Assembly (NCBI GenBank): GCA_003223555.1
Contig: QHVM01000023.1
Location: 1,912-65,911 of the forward strand
Reading direction: 5' to 3'
Origin: Acidobacteriota bacterium
GTDB taxonomy: Bacteria > Acidobacteriota > Vicinamibacteria > Fen-336
Length of the DNA: 64,000 bases
The notes under the pieces were generated by a model, which was not told the origin of the DNA, did no database searches, and saw nothing but the letters and a program-made list of their open reading frames with translations. Below, in pieces: positions 1 to 9,901 of the stretch. A program made the position numbers and the translations under genes. The first letter of the stretch is position 1. Each line of letters opens with the position of its first letter.

Positions 1-750
1 GGAGACGCAGTCGGCGGTGATGCAGGACTCGTCCTTGAATGTGGCTTTGAGCGGCACAGGCGACAGGGTGAAGACGATGTCCCGGGCGCCGAGATGCTCG
101 TGGATGAGCCGGACGATCCTCGAGAGATTGTCGGCGTTCTCGTCGACGGACGTCGTCCGGTAGACGTGGCGCGAAGAGTCGAAGATGCCCTCGGGCACCC
201 CTCGCCAGAAGACTCCTCCTGTGTGCCGATCCGCCCAGACCTCGGCCAGGCCAAGGGTGAAGACGAAGCCGGCCGCCGTCTCGAAGGTACGGCGATAGCC
301 CTCGCGCTCCTCGCTGGGCGTCCACTTCACGGGCTTGCCGGACCCGGACTGGTCGTACCAGAAGGCGTCCTCGGATCGGTTCCCGGTCAGGCACCACTCG
401 ATGAACTGCCGCAGGGCGTAGGTGTTGTTCAGCCCGGAAGGCACCCAGATGTTCTGGGTGGCCGGCTGCTTCTCGGCGAGGAAGTCGCGGATCTCCTCCG
501 CGAAGCAGGAGCCGAGCGTCAGCAGCTTGGAGTTGCTGCGGAAGGGCCGGGGATGGGGCCGGTGGCCCGGGACTACGAACCTGTCGACGAGCGCCTTGAG
601 GTCCTGGAAGTCCTGGGTCCGGCGGGGAAACACGTTCACGGTCTCTCCCAGATGCCAGGAGACCGGTCCGCTGTCCTCCCGGAACCGAGCCAGGCTGCCC
701 GCTTCCTTGCCCGTCGTCGCCGCCACTCTGCCGAAGTCTACCAGCTTCAC
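1..750 (-). CDS. GSCFA-family protein (partial, 3' end lies beyond window start)
   Basis: Reverse-strand translation gives ...SNSKLLTLGSCFAEEIRDFLAEK... (the eponymous GSCFA motif) in an open frame running off position 1; start (GTG near 750 or further upstream) not resolved. Confidence 0.55.
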   Translation of the reverse strand, partial: MKLVDFGRVAATTGKEAGSLARFREDSGPVSWHLGETVNVFPRRTQDFQDLKALVDRFVVPGHRPHPRPFRSNSKLLTLGSCFAEEIRDFLAEKQPATQNIWVPSGLNNTYALRQFIEWCLTGNRSEDAFWYDQSGSGKPVKWTPSEEREGYRRTFETAAGFVFTLGLAEVWADRHTGGVFWRGVPEGIFDSSRHVYRTTSVDENADNLSRIVRLIHEHLGARDIVFTLSPVPLKATFKDESCITADCVS

Positions 751-1111
751 GCGGTCTTCTTGACAGCGAGCGGCGAGGATGCGTCTAATCGAGCCCGCGC
801 CGACATGAGCCGATTCCTCTTCTCCGTCGCCTGGCTGTCCTTCTGGGCGGTCCCGCTCCCCCCGGCGACGGTCTCACTCGTACCCCGCGCCTCAGCCCGA
901 GACGAGCCGGTCCTGGTGCGTCTCACGAGTGGCGAGTGCATCGCCGTGGGCTGCCCGGCCGCGGTGAAGGCGACGGCCGGCGCTCCGTTCCTGGGCAGCG
1001 TCGCGCGGCCCATCCTGAAGGGCGCGCAACAGGCCGGGCTCGGGACGAGCCTGCCCGACTGGGCACGACCGCCTGGAGGCCCCAGCCGATAGCCGGTCGC
1101 CGCGCTCGCCG

Positions 1112-2704
1112 ATGGTCCCAACCTCATCAGCGCTTGCCGGCCGGGCCGTCCCGGGAGTCACGGATCGCAAGCTTCTGCGCGCCGTCCAGGCCGCTCGGGC
1201 CCTGGGGGCCGTCCTGGAAGGCGGCCTCATCGCGCTGACCGCCTTCTCCGCCCTGGCCTTCGGCGCCGTCCATCCCTGGGCCTACGTGCCCCTCTGGCTC
1301 TCGTGCGGAGCCGTCGGGGCGCTCTTCGCCGTCCGGGCGAAGCTCATCCTGTTCCTGCGCCGACGCCTCGGCCCCTGCCGCGTCGCCGTCGATCACGACC
1401 GGCATGCACTGCTGCTCGATCCCGGACGGGCGATCTCCGGCGCGCTCGACCTCGACACCCCGCCGCTTCGAGCGGCGCCGCTGTTCCTCCCTGGACTGGT
1501 TTTCGCCGTCCTCGTCATCGTGCAGCTCCTGCCCCGGTGGCGGTCGGGGACGCCCCTCACCACGGACGGGGAGGACACGCTTCGCGGGCTGGCCTTCGTC
1601 GCGTCCTTGGGGTTGCTCCACGTGGCAGCGGCCGCGCTGTTCGTCCGCCGCGCGAGCCGCGACCGCTACCGCGGCGCGCTGGTCATCCTCGGAACGCTGC
1701 TCGCTCTCATCGCCCTCGTGCAGTCCGCCGCCGGAACCCGACGGATCTACGGCTTCTTCACCCCCGAGGACGGCGACAGCGGGATCTTCGGGCCCTTCGT
1801 CAACCGCAACAGCTTCGCCGGCTACATGCTGATGGTGGTCCCCATCTGTCTCCAGCGGCTCGTGCGGGCCGTCCGCTCCACGGCGGGCGCGGAGGTCGGG
1901 CTGAGGCGTCGCTTGTCGGCCCTCTCCGTAGCCAAGCCGAGTCCGGTCCTCGCCACCGTTCCCGTCCTGGTCACCGTGGCCAGCCTCGTCGCCACGCGAT
2001 CCCGGGGAGCGCTGGTCGCCCTCGTGGTGGCCTTCCTGCTCGGGGGGCTCGTCGGCGCCGGGTGGCGACGGCGCTGGTCGTGGGCCGTGCCGCTCCCCTT
2101 CCTGCTTGCCGCGCTGGCGTGGGCCGGACCCGAGCGGCTCCACGCCCGATTGGCGCGGACCGCGGCCGACAGCCCGGGCCGCGTCGCGATCTGGGCCGAT
2201 GCGCTTCGGCGGCTGGACGGCCGATGGCTCATGGGCACCGGCTTCAATACCTTTGCCGCTTCCATGAGCCGAGTGCCGGCCTGGTCCCTGCCCCGAGGGG
2301 CGAGCGCATGGCCGCCCGAGCTGGACACGCGCCCCGAAGCCCGCCCCGGCTTCCGGGCCCTGGCCGAGCTGCCGTGGCTGACGTGGTATCGGGAGGCGCA
2401 CAACGACTATCTCCAGCTCTTCGTGGAGACGGGCGTGGCCGGCCTGGCCATCGGGCTCTGGGCCGGCCTTCGCGTGCTCCGCCGGCTGCGGAGCCGGCGG
2501 TGGTTGTTCATGGCCGCCGCCGGCCTCCTCGGCCACGTGTTCGTGGACTTCGACATGCAGATCCCGGCGGTGGCCCTTCTCTTCGTCGCACTGTGCGCGA
2601 TGGCCCCGCGGGAGGCGTCCGCCGCGGGTGGGCGGCTCGCGCGGTGGACCGTGGCGATCAGCCGGCGGCTCGCCCGCCCGCCGTTGCCGGGTGGTAGCGG
2701 ATGA
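1112..2704 (+). CDS. O-antigen ligase/polymerase family membrane protein (Wzy_C domain)
   Basis: Polytopic hydrophobic protein with the HNDYLQLFVETGVAGL motif typical of the WaaL/Wzy_C family. Confidence 0.75.
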   Translation: MVPTSSALAGRAVPGVTDRKLLRAVQAARALGAVLEGGLIALTAFSALAFGAVHPWAYVPLWLSCGAVGALFAVRAKLILFLRRRLGPCRVAVDHDRHALLLDPGRAISGALDLDTPPLRAAPLFLPGLVFAVLVIVQLLPRWRSGTPLTTDGEDTLRGLAFVASLGLLHVAAAALFVRRASRDRYRGALVILGTLLALIALVQSAAGTRRIYGFFTPEDGDSGIFGPFVNRNSFAGYMLMVVPICLQRLVRAVRSTAGAEVGLRRRLSALSVAKPSPVLATVPVLVTVASLVATRSRGALVALVVAFLLGGLVGAGWRRRWSWAVPLPFLLAALAWAGPERLHARLARTAADSPGRVAIWADALRRLDGRWLMGTGFNTFAASMSRVPAWSLPRGASAWPPELDTRPEARPGFRALAELPWLTWYREAHNDYLQLFVETGVAGLAIGLWAGLRVLRRLRSRRWLFMAAAGLLGHVFVDFDMQIPAVALLFVALCAMAPREASAAGGRLARWTVAISRRLARPPLPGGSG

Positions 2705-3290
2705 TGTCGTCCTTCACGGACCAGGCATAGTCTGGACGTTCCGCGCGCAGCCGCCGTTCGAGCTCGGCCAGCGCCGGATAATCGTCCTCGCCCGTGAAGC
2801 ACCGCGCGTCGTCGATGAGGATGACGTGTCTCCGAACCGGATGCGCGAGTATGTGCCGCAGCTCCGCGGAGATCGGCGTCGACAGCGAGCCCCTCGCGGT
2901 GGGTCCGCCGGAATAGTGGCCGTCGAGCCAGAACAAGGCCGGCTCCTGGAGCGAGGCCAGGACGCCGGGCAGGACCTGCGCGCTGTCACCGTGGAGGAGG
3001 GTGACGCGCCGATCCCCCGCGAAGCGGCTCCGGGCGCGCCGCCACAAGGCGTCGTCGAGCTCGATCGTGTAGACGCGATCGAACGCGTGGCGCGTCCGCG
3101 CCACCATGTCGCCGAGCCACGTTCCCGTCTCGACCAGCACCCGCAGCCGAAAGCGGGCCGCGTATTCCCTCACCGCACGCTCCTTCACGGCATGGGGCGG
3201 AGGGAGGGGCGAGCCCCGGAGCCTCCACAGCCCGGCCACCACCGGGACGGCGTAGCCGTAAAGAGACGATTCCTTGAGAGCGCGCTTCAT
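2658..3290 (-). CDS. class I SAM-dependent methyltransferase (macrocin/CmcI-like fold)
   Basis: VETGTWLGDM ... LFWLDGHYSGG ... ILIDDA motifs; 3' end overlaps the convergent ligase gene by 47 nt. Confidence 0.65.
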   Translation of the reverse strand: MKRALKESSLYGYAVPVVAGLWRLRGSPLPPPHAVKERAVREYAARFRLRVLVETGTWLGDMVARTRHAFDRVYTIELDDALWRRARSRFAGDRRVTLLHGDSAQVLPGVLASLQEPALFWLDGHYSGGPTARGSLSTPISAELRHILAHPVRRHVILIDDARCFTGEDDYPALAELERRLRAERPDYAWSVKDDIIRYHPATAGGRAAG

Positions 3291-3393
3291 CGTCGACGGG
3301 CTCCGCGGGCCGCCTTCTGGACACTAACATGACCGCCCTCTTTGAGATGATGTGGCCGATGGTCGCCGCGTGCGACGCGCCGCCTCCGACGGC

Positions 3394-4320
3394 ATGAGAT
3401 ACGCGTACGCCAAGCTCAGCCCCTACGACCTCGGCCTGGTCCGGATCCTGGGCGCCGGCCTCGGGAACTTGCTGTTCCCGTGGGCGCGGTCGATCGTCTC
3501 GGCGCGCCGCCGCGGACTCCAGCCGATCTGGCCCACATGGTGCCAGCTCAGGCTCGGCCCCCTGCTGCGAAGGGAGCCGGACAAGAAGACCTACACCGGC
3601 CTGTTCCGGCCCACCGCCGAGTACGTCCGCGGCCTCGGCAAGCTGCGCCGGCTCCTGGCTCTGCCCCGCCTGACGGAGGCGGCCCTCGACGACGAGAAAG
3701 AGGGCCATGGCGCACGTCCGGCCGTCGTGGTGTTCGAGGGTATGGCGGACTACTTCGCGTCCGTCCGGGGCGACCATGCGCTCGTCCGCGAGAGCCTCTT
3801 GCGCATCTCCCGCCCGGAGCACACCGCCGGCCTGGCCACGGACTTTCGCCGCTCGATGTGCCTCCACGTCCGGCTGGGCGATTTCGCGGCCGGTGGCGGG
3901 ATGGTCCCCCCGGACGGCGGTCCGCTCAACCTTCGGACGCCGCTCTCCTGGTACCGCGGGCGAGTGAGCGAGATCCGTCTGGCCGTCGGGGCCGAATGGC
4001 CGGTCCACGTCTTCTCGGATGGGACCGACGCCGAGCTGGGCGAGCTGCTCGCCCTGCCGGGTGTCCGGCGGGCGCGCTTCGGCTCCAGCCTGGCCGACCT
4101 CTGGGCCTTGACGCACTCGAACGTCCTGGTGGCTTCGGGCTCGACCTTCAGCATGTGGGCGTCCTACCTCGGCCGGATGCCGGTTATCTGGCCGCCCGGC
4201 CAGCTCCGCCAGCGTCTCTATGATGAGCGGGGAACGATCGAGGTCGAGTGTGAGCGCGGCGGAACGATCCCGCGCGAAGCGCTCGATCGGTTGGCGCGTC
4301 TCGCCCGGCCGGAGGCGTGA
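3394..4320 (+). CDS. glycosyltransferase, family 11 (alpha-1,2-fucosyltransferase)-like
   Basis: N-terminal ...LGAGLGNLLFPWA... matches the GT11 G-G-L-G-N motif; start taken at the second in-frame ATG (MRYAYAKL...); ORF opens at 3352. Confidence 0.55.
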   Translation: MRYAYAKLSPYDLGLVRILGAGLGNLLFPWARSIVSARRRGLQPIWPTWCQLRLGPLLRREPDKKTYTGLFRPTAEYVRGLGKLRRLLALPRLTEAALDDEKEGHGARPAVVVFEGMADYFASVRGDHALVRESLLRISRPEHTAGLATDFRRSMCLHVRLGDFAAGGGMVPPDGGPLNLRTPLSWYRGRVSEIRLAVGAEWPVHVFSDGTDAELGELLALPGVRRARFGSSLADLWALTHSNVLVASGSTFSMWASYLGRMPVIWPPGQLRQRLYDERGTIEVECERGGTIPREALDRLARLARPEA

Positions 4321-4323
4321 GCC

Positions 4324-5805
4324 TCAGACGACCCTGCTCACCGGCGGTGCGGTTTCCCGCCGCGCGAGCATCAAGACTCCGGCCGCCCGGCGGTGGCTGA
4401 GGACGATCACCGCCGCCGTGACCCCCAGCACCAGATAGACGGTCTCCTCGATCCCCGATATCAGGAAGTAGGTGCTGAACAGCGCCGCGGCGAACAGGAG
4501 CAGGGGGGCGCCGACCTGCATCAGGTCGGCGTGCGCCACCGGGGAGAGCCGGCCCAGGGCCGTCCGGAGCCGGTGAAGCTGGGTGGCCACGCCGGCCACC
4601 CACAGGAGCAGACCGAACAGACCCAGCTCCGAGACGATCTTGAGCAGCCCCATCTTGGACCTGAAGGCGCGTCCCCCGGCGTAGTCCCAGGCCGAGGCCT
4701 GCAGGTATCGATCGGCGTACAGGTGCGCGTTGCCGAGGCCCACCCCGAGGGGCAGCCACCCGGGCTCGTGGATGAGGAACTGGCCGATGGCCTGATCGAA
4801 GTCCTCCAGCTCCAGCCGCTCCACCGTGCGACCCGCCACGAGATCGGTCAGGCTCAATCCCTGGCCGAGGTCCTTGGGGACGATGAAGTACACGGCCGCG
4901 AGGAACAGGGCCGCTCCCGTCATCCCCGGGAGCCCTCGACCCCGCCGGGACCGGCCCATCAGGCCCTGGACGAGCATCGGAAACATCAGCAGCTCGAGGG
5001 CCGTGCCCACCACCCACATGAAGATGGCGGCGGTCGAGAGCGTCGCCAGCATGGAGAGCAGGAGCACGATCCAGGCCTGCCTCAGTCGTCTGATCGTGGC
5101 CCGATCGCGGCCGATCCCCCAGATCGCCTGGACGAGGAGGAGTCCCACGCTGAGACCGATCCCGAGGTCCTTGGGCTCGCCGCCCAGGGAGTTCATCCGA
5201 TGGATCTGGGTGTCGCCGGCCATGATCGTCGCCTCGCGCCGGACACTGGCATCGACGCCGCTCAGGAGCCCGATGGGCATGGGGTTCCACCCTGTGCCGT
5301 ACCAGACTCCGAGCTGGAGCCACCCCAGAGCGGCCAGCACGAGGAGAGAGCCGAGGAACCACCGCCCCGCGGCTCGGACGTCCGCCAGGGTCTTGACGTA
5401 AAGGGGAGCCAGGAAGAGGCCGCTGCCGAAGACGACGAGGAAATAGACGCACTGCATCAGCGTGCGCATCAGGGGCGCCCGCAGCGCGCCGCCCCCCACG
5501 TCCACGTCAGGCAGGAAGGGGATGCGAACCAGCGACAGCCCCACCGCGTAGAGAGCGAGGGCCTTCAGGGGGCCGGCGATCGGGAACGTCTGGCCCGGGG
5601 CGCGACGGGCGGCCAGTCCAGCCAGGCTCGTCAGCAGGGCGAAGCCCAGCGCGATACGGGAAGCCGTGACCCTCAGGCCCAGGTCGAAGTCGAGTCCCTG
5701 CCAGGGCAGCAGCGCGAGGCCGGCGTAGAACAGCGCCCGCGGGTTCCGGATGCTCAGCCAGACGCTGAGGGCGATCACGCTACTGACCGTCAGCAGGCCG
5801 ATCAC
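4324..5805 (-). CDS. polysaccharide polymerase-like (Wzy/O-antigen-polymerase-like) membrane protein
   Basis: ~12 predicted TM segments; ...GVGLGNAHLYADRY...SKMGLLKIVSELGLFGLLLW resembles the Wzy_C periplasmic loop. Confidence 0.6.
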   Translation of the reverse strand: MIGLLTVSSVIALSVWLSIRNPRALFYAGLALLPWQGLDFDLGLRVTASRIALGFALLTSLAGLAARRAPGQTFPIAGPLKALALYAVGLSLVRIPFLPDVDVGGGALRAPLMRTLMQCVYFLVVFGSGLFLAPLYVKTLADVRAAGRWFLGSLLVLAALGWLQLGVWYGTGWNPMPIGLLSGVDASVRREATIMAGDTQIHRMNSLGGEPKDLGIGLSVGLLLVQAIWGIGRDRATIRRLRQAWIVLLLSMLATLSTAAIFMWVVGTALELLMFPMLVQGLMGRSRRGRGLPGMTGAALFLAAVYFIVPKDLGQGLSLTDLVAGRTVERLELEDFDQAIGQFLIHEPGWLPLGVGLGNAHLYADRYLQASAWDYAGGRAFRSKMGLLKIVSELGLFGLLLWVAGVATQLHRLRTALGRLSPVAHADLMQVGAPLLLFAAALFSTYFLISGIEETVYLVLGVTAAVIVLSHRRAAGVLMLARRETAPPVSRVV

Positions 5806-5851
5806 GGCGTCTCGTCCATCACCCGGCCCCCCACCTCGAGAGAGTCAGGCT

Positions 5852-7930
5852 ATGTCAGCCGGACCGCACCGGCAAGGGGAGCTTCACCGGGCGGCCCGGA
5901 CCCGATCTGATATTCTTCGCTGGCTTGCGCATCGCGAGGCCGCGGCGGACGCATCGGGAACGGTGAGGACCCTCCTCTGCGGACACCGCAGCTTCGCCGC
6001 CCGCGGGCTCGCCGAAGCGCTGGAGGGCGCCGGCCACCAGGTCGTCCGGTTCTCGCGCGGCGAGGTCGGGCGCGCGCAGCGCTCCGTGAGCGGCCCGGTC
6101 GACCTCCTCGACGTGAACCCCCATCTCCGGGAGCCCTTCGACGCCGTCATCAATTACATCGTCCTCAAGGACGAGCCGGCGGAGAGCAACGCCCGCTACG
6201 CCGCCGCCCTGCTGCGCCTGTGCGCCGAGCGCGCGGTGCCCCACCTCGTCCACGTCTCGTCGATCAGCGTGTACCGGAGGGACGTCGCCGTCGTCCGTGA
6301 GGACTCGCCGGTGGAGGCCGATCCGTCCCGGAAGGGGGCCTACGGGGCATTGAAGGTGGCCACCGAGCGCTTCCTGGTCGACCATCGGCCCGGCTCGCTC
6401 GCCCTCAGCCTGCTGCGGCCGGGCTTCGTCCTCGGCGAGGGCCTCGCGAGCCCGATCGTGGGCACGGGCTTCAAGCTCCCCTGGAACCGGCTGCTCGCGG
6501 TCGGAGACGGCGCGAGCGTGCTGCCCCTCGTCAGCCGCGCGGCCCTGACCGAGGCCGTCTTCCGCCTGCTGGCCAGCGCGCCCGCGCCGGGAGTCGAGGC
6601 CTACCTGCTGGCGCATCCGGCATCGCCCAGCCGGCGGGAGTACCTGCAGGCCTGCTGCGAACGGCTCGGCTGCGGCACCGGCGTCACGTGTCTGCCCACG
6701 CCGGTCTGGTGGCTGGGGGGGCTCGCCGCCGAGGCCGCGGCCCGGCTGACGGGGCGTGGCGGGGCCGGCATCTTCGCCAGGGTGCGATCGGCATGCCGCC
6801 GGCAGAGCTTCGATCCCGGTCGCACCGAGAGCCGCCTGGGCCTGTCGTTTGCGTTCGACTGGCGGCAGACGCTCCAGCACGCGCTGCCGGGGCAGGAGAC
6901 TGTGCGCCTTCCCTACGTACCCCCGCTGAAGCTGCCGCGTACGGCGGCCCGGCGGGTCACGTTCGTGGGGTACGGCCGCATCGTGCACGAGCGCCACCGG
7001 CCCGCGCTGCGCCGGCTCGGCTTCGAGGGGACGATCCTCGCCCACGACCTCCAGCCCCGGCGCGACGCGGACGGCACCGAGGTCACCGCCCTGCCGCAGG
7101 TCCTCGAGCCGGCCGACCTCGTGGTGGTGGCCTCTCCCGGCCCCGCCCACACAACCACCCTCGGCCTGCTCGCGGCTCACGAGGGCGGAGTCCTCGTCGA
7201 GAAGCCGCTCTGCTCGTCGAGCGAAGAGCTGGGGCGCTGGGTCGGCTTCGCCGAAGCGCGCCGCGCGCCCACCCTCGCCTGTCACAACTACCGGCTCAAG
7301 CCGAACGTCGGCCGGATGCTCGACTGCCTGCGGCGCTACCATGCGGGGGCGCTGCTCCACGTGCACCTCGATTTCGAGAGCCCCTCGGTGGCCGGCGATG
7401 CCGCGCCCTGGCGGCGACAGGAAAGGGCGGCGCGCACGCTGCTCGTCGACTACGCGCTCCACTTCCTCGACCTCGCATGCATGTTCGATCGCGAAGGATG
7501 GGAAGTGCACGCGGCGAGCCATCTTCTCGACGGCAACGGGGCCACGGCCCTCATCGAGGGCCGCCTCGGCGGACCCCGCTACCCCGTCTCGTTCGTCCTC
7601 CGTCAGGGTTTCGGCCGGCGCGCCGCCTGCCTCGATTTCACCTTCCAGAACTACTCGGTGCGCCTCGGCTTCTTTCCCGATACCTTCTCCCTGCGCATGG
7701 CGGATGACAACCCCATCCTGCAGTTGCGCGAGGCCGTTGCGTCGTTGCGGGCAACGGCCGCGAAGGGCCTCGACCGACTCCGCGGGCGCGAGTCGGATCC
7801 TTCACACGCGCTCGCCTTCGCCGCCGCCCTCGGCGAGGCGCCCGCCTTGCAGGGAGCCCTGGACGTGCGGGAGCTGCGGGGGTTCTACCAGGCCCTGTTC
7901 CGCCTGGGCGAACGCGTCTACGGAGCATGA
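5852..7930 (+). CDS. bifunctional NAD-dependent epimerase/dehydratase (N-terminal) - Gfo/Idh/MocA oxidoreductase (C-terminal) fusion
   Basis: N-terminal Rossmann VRTLLCGHRSFAARGLAEAL; C-terminal RVTFVGYGRIVHERH...VVVASPGPAHTTT...VLVEKPL (GFO_IDH_MocA); start moved to the ATG at 5852 to avoid overlap with the 4324-5805 gene. Confidence 0.7.
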   Translation: MSAGPHRQGELHRAARTRSDILRWLAHREAAADASGTVRTLLCGHRSFAARGLAEALEGAGHQVVRFSRGEVGRAQRSVSGPVDLLDVNPHLREPFDAVINYIVLKDEPAESNARYAAALLRLCAERAVPHLVHVSSISVYRRDVAVVREDSPVEADPSRKGAYGALKVATERFLVDHRPGSLALSLLRPGFVLGEGLASPIVGTGFKLPWNRLLAVGDGASVLPLVSRAALTEAVFRLLASAPAPGVEAYLLAHPASPSRREYLQACCERLGCGTGVTCLPTPVWWLGGLAAEAAARLTGRGGAGIFARVRSACRRQSFDPGRTESRLGLSFAFDWRQTLQHALPGQETVRLPYVPPLKLPRTAARRVTFVGYGRIVHERHRPALRRLGFEGTILAHDLQPRRDADGTEVTALPQVLEPADLVVVASPGPAHTTTLGLLAAHEGGVLVEKPLCSSSEELGRWVGFAEARRAPTLACHNYRLKPNVGRMLDCLRRYHAGALLHVHLDFESPSVAGDAAPWRRQERAARTLLVDYALHFLDLACMFDREGWEVHAASHLLDGNGATALIEGRLGGPRYPVSFVLRQGFGRRAACLDFTFQNYSVRLGFFPDTFSLRMADDNPILQLREAVASLRATAAKGLDRLRGRESDPSHALAFAAALGEAPALQGALDVRELRGFYQALFRLGERVYGA

Positions 7931-8802
7931 GCGACGCGACACGACGCCGGCTCGGCGACTACGTGGCCCTCGTCCTGCTGGAGCTGGCCAAGCTCGGCCG
8001 CCGGCCGCTCCGCTCGGCCTCGGGAGCGGATGTGAAGCGGTTCTACGAGGGCTTCTTCGAGGAGAAGGACCAGGAGGCCTACCGGCAGGACCCGCGCATG
8101 GTCCAGCGCCGGGAGACGATCGCCTCGGCCCTCGCCGGCCGCCTGCCTCCCGGGGCGCGACTGCTCGACGTGGGCTGTGGGCTGGGGGACGTGCTGGCCG
8201 GCTTACCCGGACCTGTCCGCCTCTACGGCACCGACCTCGCCGAGAGCAGCCTGCGCTCGGTGCGGAGCCGGCTCGGCGAACAGGCCCGAGTGGCTCGCGC
8301 CGCGGCGGATCGGATCCCCTTCGCCTCCGGCAGCCTCGACGCCTGCCTTTGCCTGGAGGTCCTGGAGCACCTCGAGGACGACGCTGCGGCGGCCCGAGAG
8401 CTGGCCCGCGTCCTCCGGCCCGGCGGGTGGCTGGTGGCCGCCGTTCCCTATACCTACTACTGGCCGCAGTACAAGCGGCTCATGGGCCACTTCCGCCACT
8501 ACACCCGGGAGTCCTTCGCCGCCCTGCTCGCGCGGGCCGGGTTCGCGGTGGAGGCCTACCTCCCCAACTACCCGCGCTGGCACCAGTCCTTCACCCGGCG
8601 CTACGCCGGCGTGCGCGTCCAGGCCTTCCTCTTCGGGCGGCTCTGGAGCACCACCTCGCCCTACGCCTACCGCTGGCCGTGGCGCCGCATCGGCGCCCTG
8701 CAGGCGGCCAGCCGCCGTTTGGAGGCGCTCCACGCCCGCGACCGCGCGCTCGACTACGCCGCGCTGCCGACCAGCACGTTCGTGCTCGCGCGGCGGACAT
8801 GA
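7927..8802 (+). CDS. class I SAM-dependent methyltransferase (Methyltransf_11-like)
   Basis: LLDVGCGLGD ... LRPGGWLV motifs; ATGA overlap with the upstream gene. Confidence 0.75.
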   Translation: MSDATRRRLGDYVALVLLELAKLGRRPLRSASGADVKRFYEGFFEEKDQEAYRQDPRMVQRRETIASALAGRLPPGARLLDVGCGLGDVLAGLPGPVRLYGTDLAESSLRSVRSRLGEQARVARAAADRIPFASGSLDACLCLEVLEHLEDDAAAARELARVLRPGGWLVAAVPYTYYWPQYKRLMGHFRHYTRESFAALLARAGFAVEAYLPNYPRWHQSFTRRYAGVRVQAFLFGRLWSTTSPYAYRWPWRRIGALQAASRRLEALHARDRALDYAALPTSTFVLARRT

Positions 8803-8841
8803 GGACGGAGGACGTCCGCACCGGAGGGCGGCGTCCGGGCT

Positions 8842-9858
8842 TCAGGAGGTCAGGAGCTTGATGGCCAGCCGCTTCCCGAGCCGGAAGGCGTCGGGGATCC
8901 GCGTCTCGATGAACATCACCACGCGGTTCACCCGCCGGTTCTGGTCCTTCGGGTGGTTCACGGGGATACCGTTGACCTCCCGCAGCCGAAGCGGCTTCTC
9001 GATCGTCTGATACTGGAGAAACGGCCGCGATGCCGGGATGAAGTGGGCGGTGAGGGAGCTGCGCGACGCGCGCGGCTGCACGGTCGGCAGGCTGCCGTGG
9101 ATGGTCCTGGAGTTCCAGAACATCACGTCGCCCCGGCGCAGGGCGGGAGCGTGGCACTCGAGGCCGTGACTCTGGATGAGGTCCAGGACCAGCCGCTTAT
9201 AGCGGTCGTGGTGGAAGGCGATGTCGAAGTCACCGCCGTTCCTGGCCATGTCGATGCGGTGGCTTCGCGGGTAGACGTAGAAGCGCCCCGCGCCCGGCTC
9301 GATGTCCTCCAGCGCGATCCAGGCCCCGACCATGCGTCCGATGTCGGCCGAATCGAGGTAGTAGGTGTCCTGGTGGGCCCAGGTGGACGGGTTGCCCTCG
9401 AAGTACATGCTCTGCACGAGCACGCCCCGCTCTCCGAGAAGACTCTCCACCGCGGCCTGGAGGCGGCGGTCGGTGATCACGGCCAGCGAGGCGGCGCGGA
9501 AGCTCGGGAAGCGGCTCGCGTCGAGGTCCTGGACGTTCAGGATGGAGTTGAGGACGTGGCCGCCCTCGGTCAGCACGTGGCGCTCGGGGTTCCCGCTCGC
9601 CTGCCGGTACAGGAAGCCGGAGTAGGGTTTCACCTCCCGGACGAAGGCGGCTTTCGCTTCTCCGCACCGCGCATCGTCGACGAGCCCGCGCCAGACGACA
9701 TAGCCGTGCTGCTCGTAGTACGCGCGGTGGCCGGCGGGGTCCAGGCGAAGGTAGGGATCCGAGCCGTCCTCGACCGCCACCGGGACCGCGATCGGCTTGC
9801 CTTCCGGGGCGGTGATCGTGAACAGCTTCTCGCAGGCCAGGCCGTCGAGGGCGGTCAT
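8842..9858 (-). CDS. phytanoyl-CoA dioxygenase (PhyH) family Fe(II)/2-oxoglutarate-dependent oxygenase
   Basis: HQDTYYLDS ... GRFYVYPRSHR (HxD...H facial triad context of PhyH family); start set to MTALDG to remove a Pro/Arg-rich N-terminal extension. Confidence 0.7.
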   Translation of the reverse strand: MTALDGLACEKLFTITAPEGKPIAVPVAVEDGSDPYLRLDPAGHRAYYEQHGYVVWRGLVDDARCGEAKAAFVREVKPYSGFLYRQASGNPERHVLTEGGHVLNSILNVQDLDASRFPSFRAASLAVITDRRLQAAVESLLGERGVLVQSMYFEGNPSTWAHQDTYYLDSADIGRMVGAWIALEDIEPGAGRFYVYPRSHRIDMARNGGDFDIAFHHDRYKRLVLDLIQSHGLECHAPALRRGDVMFWNSRTIHGSLPTVQPRASRSSLTAHFIPASRPFLQYQTIEKPLRLREVNGIPVNHPKDQNRRVNRVVMFIETRIPDAFRLGKRLAIKLLTS

Positions 9859-9901
9859 CGAGCCCAATACTGACACAGCGTCCGCGCGCGTCAACCGCGC
9901 C

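Noticed and set aside
1127-2536. Long antisense ORFs opposite real genes. Examples: 1127-2536(-), 4393-5910(+), 5855-7522(-), 14829-16499(+), 32908-35370(+), 35531-37033(-), 38159-41958(+), 43480-45615 upper part, 46273-47613(+), 47664-49346(+).
   Set aside because: Their products are Arg/Pro/Gly/Ala-rich and low-complexity with no motifs. They lie antisense to ORFs with clear domain signatures. In 70% GC DNA, stop codons are rare on all frames.
8803-8841. Possible bidirectional terminator between convergent genes 7927-8802 and 8842-9858 (CCGGAgggcggcgTCCGG).
   Set aside because: Only a 5-bp stem with an 8-nt GC loop and no U-tract. It is too weak to call a terminator.
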